A stretch of 64,000 nucleotides of DNA from Methyloceanibacter sp. (GTDB lineage: Bacteria; Pseudomonadota; Alphaproteobacteria; Rhizobiales; Methyloligellaceae). Within the stretch, counting starts at the first letter, position 1. Each line of letters opens with the position of its first letter. This document shows positions 42,968 through 52,887 of this stretch, piece after piece. The notes below the pieces were generated by a model, which was given only the letters and a program-made list of their open reading frames with translations, did no database searches and was not told where the DNA came from. A program made the translations under genes and the position numbers. The stretch is from NCBI GenBank assembly GCA_014380485.1, contig JACMJU010000111.1, forward strand, positions 24,818 to 88,817. The letters run 5' to 3'.

Positions 42968-43252
42968 TTAGCTCGCGCGAGACCGCGGGACGCGCCGATG
43001 CTTCGAGATCGGAGCCTGCTCTCTTGCTCCGCGCAAATAGCGCCTGAATAGGCGCAGCAGTGAATCGGTCGGCGCGATCTTGCAGTTTTGCAAGAAGTCG
43101 AAGACCGCCGTCAGCGCCCGCGCCTCGGCCCTCACATCGACCTGTTCGCGAAGGTCCTCGTTCTCCGCCAGTTCCGCCTCGTGATCTTGTTCGATGGCGG
43201 CGAGCTTGGCTTCCAACAATCGCAGAGCTTCAAGTGTTTGCATGACGGCCAT
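42968..43252 (-). CDS. Hypothetical coiled-coil protein
   Basis: 94-aa ORF with helical composition in an otherwise empty intergenic space. Confidence 0.55.
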   Translation of the reverse strand: MAVMQTLEALRLLEAKLAAIEQDHEAELAENEDLREQVDVRAEARALTAVFDFLQNCKIAPTDSLLRLFRRYLRGAREQAPISKHRRVPRSRAS

Positions 43253-43371
43253 CCACGCAACATTGCCCCAGCAATGCCCTGTTCCCGCCCCGCTCCCAGA
43301 CCATTAAAACCAAATTCCTAGCGATGCTCGGCCTCTACGGGTGCTTGTTGTGAGTTCGAGGGAGCAATCGC

Positions 43372-43566
43372 ATGTCGAGCCAATCGAAACCCTATCGTCC
43401 CGAGCTGCACTATATGCGAGGTCCGGGCCCGAAGTGGCGTGAAAAAAACGGGGTGCCGGCGTTCACGGCTTCCGGCCGGAGAGCTGGGCTACGTTACGCC
43501 AGTTGGCTGATCCCCGCCGCCGCCGCCGCGCTGATGGCCACGGTCACGGCTTTGGTTTTAGCCTAG
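43372..43566 (+). CDS. Small membrane-anchored hypothetical protein
   Basis: SD gagggag, YRPELHYMRGPGPKW motif, C-terminal hydrophobic helix. Confidence 0.7.
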   Translation: MSSQSKPYRPELHYMRGPGPKWREKNGVPAFTASGRRAGLRYASWLIPAAAAALMATVTALVLA

Positions 43567-43616
43567 TGGACTTTGCTCACACGCCGATCGGGCTTTGCGG
43601 TCACGGCGGGAGCCGC

Positions 43617-45224
<1,608 letters not shown>

Positions 45225-45308
45225 GGCCGGTGGTTATAGCAGCGTCTTCGACCAAGCAACGATTCTCCGTCTCGTCATTCCGTCTTTAAACACATACCCT
45301 CGCCCGAA

Positions 45309-46334
45309 ATGACCGAGGGCCTTTCCGAGCAGAATGCGTTGGAAGAGCGGCTTCGCCTCAAGATCGAGGCCTATCACGACTCTGCGCTCCTCTATGCCGC
45401 AGTGAAGCTCGGCCTGCCCGAAACGATGAGGGCGCGGGCGTGGATGGCCGACGCTTTGGCGGGGGAGCTAGGCTTGTCGGCGCCGCATCTCCATCGCTTC
45501 TTGCGCGGCTTGACGAGCCTCGGCATCTGCACGGAGAATCAAGATGGGTCCTTCGCGCTCAGCGCCGCGGGTCAATCTCTGGTGCCGGGCTCGCCCTCGC
45601 GGCTTTGGCAAAAAGTGCAGATCGTCGTCGAGCAATATTGGCAGCCTTGGGCCAATCTCGTGACCACGGTCGAAACGGGCAAACCCGCCTTCACGCATGT
45701 CTTTGGCATGAATGTCGCGGACTGGCGCCGCGACAACGCCGAGCAAGGCGCGTTGTTCGACTCTTATTTGGCGCAAGAGACGTTCGCGCAGGCTCCCGCG
45801 ATCGTCGCGGCGCTGGACTTTTCGGGGGCGGGCACGGTCGCCGATATTGGCGGCGGCTATGGCGGATTGCTTGCCGCGATCCTGCAAGCTCATCCGCGCC
45901 TGACCGGCATCCTGTTCGATCGCCCGCATCGGATCGAGGCGGCGATGCCGTTCTTGCAGTCGCAAAGCGTCGCCGCTCGCGTCCAACGCATCGGCGGCGA
46001 TCTCCTGGATGCGATCCCTCTTGCTGCCGACCTCTATCTCCTGAACGGCGTGCTTCAGCAATGGGACGATGCAGGCGCCGGAGCGATCCTCCGCAATTGC
46101 CGTGCCGCGATGGCTGAAGGAGCGAAGCTCGTCATCGTCGAGCGGCCGTTGCCTGAGCGCGCTTCGGACGATCCCGCCGCCATCATGCTCGACCTTCACA
46201 TGATGGCCATCACCGGCGGCTGCGCGCGGAGCCGCGCCGAGTTTAAGGCGCTGCTGTCTCAAGCCGGTCTCGCGCTTGCGAAAACCACACCCGCAGGCTT
46301 GGGCCTTGTCATCATCGAGGGAGTGGCGGCGTAG
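45309..46334 (+). CDS. SAM-dependent O-methyltransferase family (Methyltransf_2)
   Basis: N-terminal dimerisation helices, VADIGGGYG, LFDRP, GDL, DLHMM. Confidence 0.9.
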   Translation: MTEGLSEQNALEERLRLKIEAYHDSALLYAAVKLGLPETMRARAWMADALAGELGLSAPHLHRFLRGLTSLGICTENQDGSFALSAAGQSLVPGSPSRLWQKVQIVVEQYWQPWANLVTTVETGKPAFTHVFGMNVADWRRDNAEQGALFDSYLAQETFAQAPAIVAALDFSGAGTVADIGGGYGGLLAAILQAHPRLTGILFDRPHRIEAAMPFLQSQSVAARVQRIGGDLLDAIPLAADLYLLNGVLQQWDDAGAGAILRNCRAAMAEGAKLVIVERPLPERASDDPAAIMLDLHMMAITGGCARSRAEFKALLSQAGLALAKTTPAGLGLVIIEGVAA

Positions 46335-46340
46335 ACCGGC

Positions 46341-47372
46341 TCACTTGGCCGGGCCGTCCATCACCACCATGCTCTTGTCGGTGCGTGTGTCGGGCGTCGC
46401 CGGCAGATCGGTCGTGACCAGAACCGTGCCGGGCTTCAGACGCTGCTTGGTGGCGTCCATCACCTGCTCCGAGCCCTCGATACGCTCGAGTACGGCGGAG
46501 TTCGGCGCGACCGCCCCCTCACCGTCGGGATGGAACCCCATCCCCGCCCAGCTCGAGCCGTTCTTGTCGCCGCCCTGCCAGATGAACACGTTGGAGCCGA
46601 TCGGCTTGGACGGGTCTTTGATATTCGCGTCTCCCTCGGCGACGATCGCGCCGCCTTGCAACACATAGATGCGATTGTCGGCACGCGACACCAGGATCGA
46701 GGTGACGGCATTGGCGCCGCCTGCCGCCTTCTTGCCGACTTTGGCGTCGATTTCCGCCTTAGCGCTCGAACCGAGAACGGGTCCGGGATCCTTCACCGCC
46801 TCAGGATCGGTATGGTCGCCGGCAATGATGACCGGCGTTCCGACATGCGTCGCCTCATAGAGGTCCTTGGCGAATTTGGGCGGAAGGCGCACGCAGCCGT
46901 GAGAGGCGGGATAGCCCGGCAACTTGCCCGCATGCAGCGCCACGCCCTGCCAGGTGAGCCGCTCCATAAACGGCATCGGCGCGTCATCGAACTCCTTCGA
47001 GTAATGCTCCTCGGCCTTCTCGAGAACGGTGAAGACGCCGGTCGGGGTCTCGAAGCCCTTCTTCCCGGTCGAACAGGTCGAGACGCCGATAAGAATCCCG
47101 TTGCGATAGACATAGACCCGCTGCTTCGGCACCGAGACGATGATGGCAACCGGCCCGCTCGGCGCGCGTTCGGGATGCCAGGTAAATCCGCCGGGCTTGA
47201 GGTTCTTGCCTTCCTCGGCGGGCGTAGCCGGGCCGCTGCTCCCCCTCCCCTTGGCTTTCCGCCGCGCGGCGCCTGCGGTGGCGAGGAAAAGGAGATTGCC
47301 TCCGCCCAGGACCGCTGCACCGACCAACAATTGCGCAACAACCGTCCGCCGGCTTAAACCTCGCCTTGGCAT
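46341..47372 (-). CDS. L,D-transpeptidase family protein, Tat-type leader
   Basis: SRRTVV, STGK...TPTG, ALHAG.LPGYPASHGCVRL. Confidence 0.92.
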   Translation of the reverse strand: MPRRGLSRRTVVAQLLVGAAVLGGGNLLFLATAGAARRKAKGRGSSGPATPAEEGKNLKPGGFTWHPERAPSGPVAIIVSVPKQRVYVYRNGILIGVSTCSTGKKGFETPTGVFTVLEKAEEHYSKEFDDAPMPFMERLTWQGVALHAGKLPGYPASHGCVRLPPKFAKDLYEATHVGTPVIIAGDHTDPEAVKDPGPVLGSSAKAEIDAKVGKKAAGGANAVTSILVSRADNRIYVLQGGAIVAEGDANIKDPSKPIGSNVFIWQGGDKNGSSWAGMGFHPDGEGAVAPNSAVLERIEGSEQVMDATKQRLKPGTVLVTTDLPATPDTRTDKSMVVMDGPAK

Positions 47373-47461
47373 GGCGATCCTCCTCGGGGCCGCGATTTTC
47401 GACCTCTAAGTCCGCGTCATTTCGAGCGCAAGCTGAAATTCATTGCGGTTAACCGGGCGTC

Positions 47462-48454
47462 TCATTTCCGCGGACTGTCCATTACCACGAGGTTGCCGCC
47501 GCTTCGCGTATCGGGCGTCGCCGGCAGGTCGGTGGTAATGAGCACCGTCCCCGGCTTGATCCGTGCCCGGACGGCGTCCATCACGCCGGGCGCGCCGTCG
47601 ATGCGTTGGAGCACGTCGGCGTTCGGGGTCGTAGCGAGGGCAGGATCGGCATGAAAGCCCATCGCCTCCCAGGCGGAACCCTTGGCGTCGCCGGCCCGCC
47701 AAACAAAGACGTTGGAGCCCAGCGGTTGGGATGGATTTGCGATGTTCGCCTCCCCCTCGGCGACGATATCCGCATTCTGGAGCACATAGATTTTCTTGTC
47801 GGCCCGCGAAACGAGAATCGAGGTGACCGCATCGGGGCTGGAGGGCGAGAACATCGCCTGCCCCACCTCAGACTCCATCTCCTCCTTGGCGGCCGTGCCG
47901 AGGATTGGTCCGGGATCGGCGACTGAAGCGGGATCGGTATGACCCCCGGCGATGATCACGGGCGTCCCGACTTGCGTGATTGCGTAGAGATCGTCGGCAA
48001 ACTCGCTCGGCAGGTGAACGCAGCCATGAGAGTCGGGATAGCCGGGGAGGTCGCCGACATGAAGCGCGATGCCCTTCCAGGTGAGCCGCTCCATGTCGGG
48101 CATGGGCTCACCATATTTGACCGAAGTATGGGTCTTGGCCTTCTCCAGAATCGTGAAAACCCCGGCGGGCGTCGAGTGACCCGGCTTGCCCGTCGAGCAG
48201 GTCGAAACGCCGATCAGAATCCCGTTGCGGTAAACGAACACACGTTGCTTCGGGATCGAGACGATGATCGCAACCGGCCCTTTGGGGGCGCGTTCGGGAT
48301 GCCAAGTGAACTGCCCCGGCTGAAGACTATCGATATCGTCGCCGGAACTCCCGCTGTCCTGGGCCAGCACCCGAGAGATGCAAAGGCCCATCCCCAGGCC
48401 CAACAGGGAGATGGCCGAGCGCCGGGTGAGCCACGCAGGCTCTCGATACGACAT
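47462..48454 (-). CDS. L,D-transpeptidase family protein, Tat-type leader (paralog)
   Basis: TRRSAI, STGK...TPAG, ALHVG.LPGYPDSHGCVHL; SD aggagg. Confidence 0.92.
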   Translation of the reverse strand: MSYREPAWLTRRSAISLLGLGMGLCISRVLAQDSGSSGDDIDSLQPGQFTWHPERAPKGPVAIIVSIPKQRVFVYRNGILIGVSTCSTGKPGHSTPAGVFTILEKAKTHTSVKYGEPMPDMERLTWKGIALHVGDLPGYPDSHGCVHLPSEFADDLYAITQVGTPVIIAGGHTDPASVADPGPILGTAAKEEMESEVGQAMFSPSSPDAVTSILVSRADKKIYVLQNADIVAEGEANIANPSQPLGSNVFVWRAGDAKGSAWEAMGFHADPALATTPNADVLQRIDGAPGVMDAVRARIKPGTVLITTDLPATPDTRSGGNLVVMDSPRK

Positions 48455-48561
48455 TGCGGTCCTCCTACCTGATCTTCGCGTGAAGATCCTGTGCCGCCCC
48501 AAGAGAGTCAACGACAGCCTCGCGTATGCCTTGCCTCATGGTGACCAGAAATAGCCTACTT

Positions 48562-50868
48562 TTACAAACCGTGTTCGGTGCGTGGAGGCGGGCTATCGGC
48601 GCCAAGCGCCCTCACATAGACGATCTTGCCGTCGCCCGGCGCATAGAAATCGGGAAGCCGCGCGCTCTCGCGGAAGCCCATGCGGCGATAGAAGTCGCGC
48701 GTGTCGGCGTATCGATCCGACGAAGAGGTATCGGCATAGATGCGCTTGGCGCCCGCTTTGGCCGCGGCGGCCTCGGCGCGGGTATAGAGCTGAGCGCCAA
48801 GCCCCTTTTTCTGCTCCTCGGGCGAAACGGCGATCCAATAAAGCTCGAATGAGTCTTGCGTTCCCGCGATCGGACCGTAACAGGCAAAGGCGACGAGGCT
48901 GGCGCCGCGCTCGGCCAGCACAAAGTGATAGCCCGATCGGATTCCTTTGGTGAGGCGCTCGGTGACGAGATCGGCCGCCACCTCCACCTCGGCCGCGTTG
49001 AAGAAACCGGTGCTTGCCACGAGCGAACGCACGCGCCCGACATCGTCGGCCATCACGGCGCTGCGCCAGTCAAGCCCGTTGCGAGCGACGCCCCTTCCCG
49101 GAGCTGCGTCTCGGGCGAGCGCCGGCGCCACCTGCCGGGCAGAAGAGTGGCCGGCAACCAGGCCCGAGAAAAAATTCCGGGCGTTGGTGCCGAGCGTGCG
49201 CACGCGGTAGCCGCCCTCTTGCACCACGAGCGTCGGGTAGCCGTGTTCGCCGATCATCCGCCCGAGCTGATCGAAATCCTTGCCCCGATTGGACCACGTG
49301 CCGGTGGGATCGCCGCGTGCGGTGTCGAAGCCGAGCGAGACCACGAAATAGGCCGGCGCGAAGCGTCTGACCCGCCGCAAGCCCTCGGCCACGGCGTTGC
49401 GGTGCTGCTCAGGGGTGATGTGCTCGGAGAGCGGAATGTTGAGATTGAAGCCCGCTCCGGGGCCGATCCCCGTCTCGTCGCGGAAGCCCGTAAAGTAAGG
49501 ATAGGCGAAGCTCGGATGGGCGTGGATCGACACGGTAAGCACGTCGGAGCGATTGTAGAAGATCTCCTGCTGGCCGTTGCCGTGGTGATAGTCGATATCG
49601 AGCATCGCCACCTTGCCGTAGCGCGCGAGTAGGTTTGCCGCGATCGCCGCATTGTTGAAGTAGCAGAAGCCGCCGAAGCTACGCGTCTCGGCGTGGTGCC
49701 CCGGAGGCCGCACCAGGGCGTAAGCGAGGCCTGCGCCCTCCAGCACCTTCTCCGCCGCGGTGAGCGCGCAGTCCACCGCCGAGCGCGCGGCGAGATAGGC
49801 GTTCTGATTGAGCGGCGTGAAGGTGTCGATGCAGTAATAGCCGGCGAGAACCGTCTCGTCCTTCGGCGCCCGCGCCGGATTGCGCAGCGGGAACACGTAA
49901 GGGTAGATCGACTTCTTGGGGCCGGCGATCAGGCAGGCTTTGCGGACATAGTCGACCAGCCTGCCGTCGTGCACGGCGCGGATATGCCGGTCGGAGTAGC
50001 GCTTGGCCGGCACCTGCTGGATCAGTCCCGAAGGATCGAGCTCGGCCATGATCGAGCGGATACGGACCGGCGCCTCGACATAGTCCCGGTCAGGGACGTG
50101 ATGGAGCGTATGCTCGTCGTTGAGCACGAGCGCGATGCGCGGCTCCGAGGCCGCGCGCAGCTCTCCCTTCATCGCCCGGCGCGTCTTGATGTAGCGGGGC
50201 TCGCGCAAGCGGACGGGATCGTCTTTGATCGACTCGACCACCATCTGCACGTAATCCGGGGGGCAGTCATATTTGCGCTCGAGGATGGCGCGCACGACTT
50301 TGCGCGCTTTGTCCCGGCTCGGCAGGTCGCCCGCGCCGAGCGGATCGAGCACGAGATAAGGCGGATCGACCCCCCCCGGCACCACTGGTGTCGCGTAGGC
50401 GGTGTTGACGATCGGCCGGGCGCCGTAGCGTTCGTAGAATTTCAGCCGGGCGGCATTGGCGGTCCTGACTTCGGGATTGGGGCTGAGCGCGGGATCGTCA
50501 GGCAGGGATTCGAAGTAAAGCTGGGTGCCGAGCGCCCGCGCCTCCTCCCGCACGCGCCCGTAAAGCGCCGCCCCAATTCCCCCCCCCATGCGGCCTGGCG
50601 CCGTGGAGATGATCTCGAGATAGGAGAAGCCGATATCCGGCGCATGGAGCAGAAGCGCCACGCCGAGCGTCTGATCGCGCTCATTCTCGGCCACGAACAG
50701 GCGCGACACGAATTTGTGCTTCAGTGGATTGCCGAGCTGATCCGGAAGCTTGGCGATATCCCGCTCGGGGATCGCCGGGAATTGCTCGCGCATGATCTTT
50801 TGCGCCGCTTCGATGGCCGAGCGGTTTACCGCCGTCGTGGCGTCGGCCACCTTGCGGATGCGGAGCAT
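48562..50868 (-). CDS. GNAT - HDAC/acetylpolyamine amidohydrolase - GNAT fusion protein
   Basis: N-GNAT (RMGGGIG, FYERYG); RPPGHHA, GFCYFNN, DIDYHHGNG, GFD...DP, EGGY; C-GNAT (WIAV...QKKGLG, FYRRMGF). Confidence 0.92.
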   Translation of the reverse strand: MLRIRKVADATTAVNRSAIEAAQKIMREQFPAIPERDIAKLPDQLGNPLKHKFVSRLFVAENERDQTLGVALLLHAPDIGFSYLEIISTAPGRMGGGIGAALYGRVREEARALGTQLYFESLPDDPALSPNPEVRTANAARLKFYERYGARPIVNTAYATPVVPGGVDPPYLVLDPLGAGDLPSRDKARKVVRAILERKYDCPPDYVQMVVESIKDDPVRLREPRYIKTRRAMKGELRAASEPRIALVLNDEHTLHHVPDRDYVEAPVRIRSIMAELDPSGLIQQVPAKRYSDRHIRAVHDGRLVDYVRKACLIAGPKKSIYPYVFPLRNPARAPKDETVLAGYYCIDTFTPLNQNAYLAARSAVDCALTAAEKVLEGAGLAYALVRPPGHHAETRSFGGFCYFNNAAIAANLLARYGKVAMLDIDYHHGNGQQEIFYNRSDVLTVSIHAHPSFAYPYFTGFRDETGIGPGAGFNLNIPLSEHITPEQHRNAVAEGLRRVRRFAPAYFVVSLGFDTARGDPTGTWSNRGKDFDQLGRMIGEHGYPTLVVQEGGYRVRTLGTNARNFFSGLVAGHSSARQVAPALARDAAPGRGVARNGLDWRSAVMADDVGRVRSLVASTGFFNAAEVEVAADLVTERLTKGIRSGYHFVLAERGASLVAFACYGPIAGTQDSFELYWIAVSPEEQKKGLGAQLYTRAEAAAAKAGAKRIYADTSSSDRYADTRDFYRRMGFRESARLPDFYAPGDGKIVYVRALGADSPPPRTEHGL

Positions 50869-50887
50869 GGACTAGATGCGAAGCACG

Positions 50888-51874
50888 TCAGGCAGTGGCT
50901 TGCAAGCGCCCGAGCGAGGCCTGGATAACGCGCGCGATCATCGCGTCGTAGTCGATCCCGGCCTCGAGCGCCGAAGCCGCGAACCCGGCGTCCGCGCTGA
51001 GGCACGGGTTCATGTTGACTTCGAGGATAAAGGGCGCCCCGGTGCGATCGACGCGGAAATCGACGCGCGCATAACCATCGAGATTGAACAATTCCCAGCA
51101 CGCCAACGCCAGCCGCGTCAGTTCGGCGGCGAGCTCAGGCGCATCCTCCTCGACCCCGAAGCGGCGCGGCGTGCCGACATAGGGCTGGCTCCCGGGCGTC
51201 CACTTGGCGTCGTAGTCGGTAATAAGCGGCTCGCCCTCGCCGAATCCGTGGAACAGCGTTTCGCTGATCGGGAGCACCTCGACGCCGTCCGGCTGCTCGA
51301 TCATCGCAATGGCAAATTCCCTTCCATCGATATAACGCTCCGCGAAATGCTCGGTACGCCAGCGGAGCGTTCGTTCGACAATCGCGCGCGCGGCGCCGGC
51401 GCCGCGCGTCACCGAGGCCGGATCGATGCCAAGCGAGCCGTGTTCCCATACCGGCTTGACGATAACGTGCGCGTCCGGATCGAATCCCGTCCCGTCTTGC
51501 GACCAATCCGGTGTAGGCAGGCCGGCATGCGCGAGCTTGAGCTTGGTGCCGATCTTGGAGAGCGTGTCGAGCCAGGCGCTGGTCCTGGCGCCGGTATAGT
51601 GGAGTGCAAGTGCGTCGAGTCGGGCCGGCACCATCGCCGCGAGCCGGCAATCTCCTCCCACGGCATCGACCAGGTTGAAGACAAGGAGGGGGCGGCGTGC
51701 GGCCAGCGCCTCGAGGCCTCCGAGGTCGGGGGCAAGCCCGATGATCTCGGTGGCGTAGCCGAGCCGCGCGAGCGCGCCCGCCACCGATTGAGCGGCGACG
51801 ATCGTATCGATCTCGTCGGGACGGCTTTGCGTCGCCGCATGCAGAACCGGGATGAAACCTGCCGTTCCCGTCAT
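50888..51874 (-). CDS. Ddl-like ATP-grasp ligase B
   Basis: IVKPVWEHGSLGI, ERYIDGREF, DYDAKW, ARVDFR, LEVNMNP. Confidence 0.9.
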   Translation of the reverse strand: MTGTAGFIPVLHAATQSRPDEIDTIVAAQSVAGALARLGYATEIIGLAPDLGGLEALAARRPLLVFNLVDAVGGDCRLAAMVPARLDALALHYTGARTSAWLDTLSKIGTKLKLAHAGLPTPDWSQDGTGFDPDAHVIVKPVWEHGSLGIDPASVTRGAGAARAIVERTLRWRTEHFAERYIDGREFAIAMIEQPDGVEVLPISETLFHGFGEGEPLITDYDAKWTPGSQPYVGTPRRFGVEEDAPELAAELTRLALACWELFNLDGYARVDFRVDRTGAPFILEVNMNPCLSADAGFAASALEAGIDYDAMIARVIQASLGRLQATA

Positions 51875-52887
51875 CAGGCGCGTTTCCGCCCCGGCTCCAG
51901 CGTCCTCCGGCTAAGCCCGTAGCGGGCCAGGCCGGCGTCGAGAATGATGCCGATGAGAGTTGTGAACGCGACCCCGTTCTGGGCGGCCAGGATCGGCAGG
52001 TCGGAGTGCCAAGGATTGAGGCCGGCGAGCGGATTAGCCTCGAGGAAATACGGGTCGCCCTTCGCATCGGAACGGAAATCGATGCGCGCGGTGTCGCGGC
52101 ATTGCAGCGCGCGGTAAGCCGCAAGCGCGCGGGCGCCGGCAAGGCGCGCCTCGCCGTCGGCAGCCGGGGCGTAGGTCACGAGCTCCTCGCACAGCTCCTT
52201 GTTATGAAGCGAATAGACATTCGCCTCGGCATTGGGCTTCAGCAAAATCTCGCAGACGCCGAGCACACGGGCCTCCTCGCCGTTGCCGACGATGCCCACC
52301 GTGAACTCGCGGCCGGGAAGGTATTGCTCGACCAAAGCCGGCTGCCGGTAGCGCGCGATGACGCGGGCAACCGCGGCCTGAAGAGCGGCTTCCGAATGCA
52401 CCAGAGAGGCCGCCTCGCAGCCTTTGCCGGTGCCTTCGGCGAGCGGCTTCACGAAAGCGGGGAAATCGGTCCAGTCGACAAGCTCGTTCGCACTCCCCTC
52501 CGCGACCGCAAAAGAGGGCGTCGGCACGCCGGCGTCGCGCACCAGGCGCTTGGCCACGGCCTTGTCGAGAGCCGCCGCTAGCGTGAGCGGGTCGGAGAAG
52601 AGATAAGGCTGATCGAACAGCTCGCAGAGCGCCGGCACCTGCGCCTCCCGCGAGCGCCCGGTCACGCCTTCGGCGATGGAAAAGACGATGTCGTAGCGCT
52701 CGCCTGCGACCAGCCGGGCCGCGAGCGCCTGCCCGCGTCCCACCCGGATCGCCTCGCAACCGAGCGCTTCCAGCGCGCCCGCCAGCGCATCGATCGTCTC
52801 GATCGAGTCGAACTCGGCCACCTCGTCCTCGGAGAGGCCGAGCGCGCGATAGTCGTCGCGGAGGTCGTAAACGAGAGCGACGCGCAT
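51874..52887 (-). CDS. Ddl-like ATP-grasp ligase A
   Basis: DKAVAK, FVKPLAEGTGKG, EQYLPGREFTV, ARIDFR, FLEANPLAGL. Confidence 0.9.
   Translation of the reverse strand: MRVALVYDLRDDYRALGLSEDEVAEFDSIETIDALAGALEALGCEAIRVGRGQALAARLVAGERYDIVFSIAEGVTGRSREAQVPALCELFDQPYLFSDPLTLAAALDKAVAKRLVRDAGVPTPSFAVAEGSANELVDWTDFPAFVKPLAEGTGKGCEAASLVHSEAALQAAVARVIARYRQPALVEQYLPGREFTVGIVGNGEEARVLGVCEILLKPNAEANVYSLHNKELCEELVTYAPAADGEARLAGARALAAYRALQCRDTARIDFRSDAKGDPYFLEANPLAGLNPWHSDLPILAAQNGVAFTTLIGIILDAGLARYGLSRRTLEPGRKRA

Noticed and set aside
50888-52887. Vancomycin resistance (van) cluster or housekeeping ddl
   Set aside because: No vanH/X/R/S, no mur/fts context, and Ddl N-terminal substrate motifs are missing
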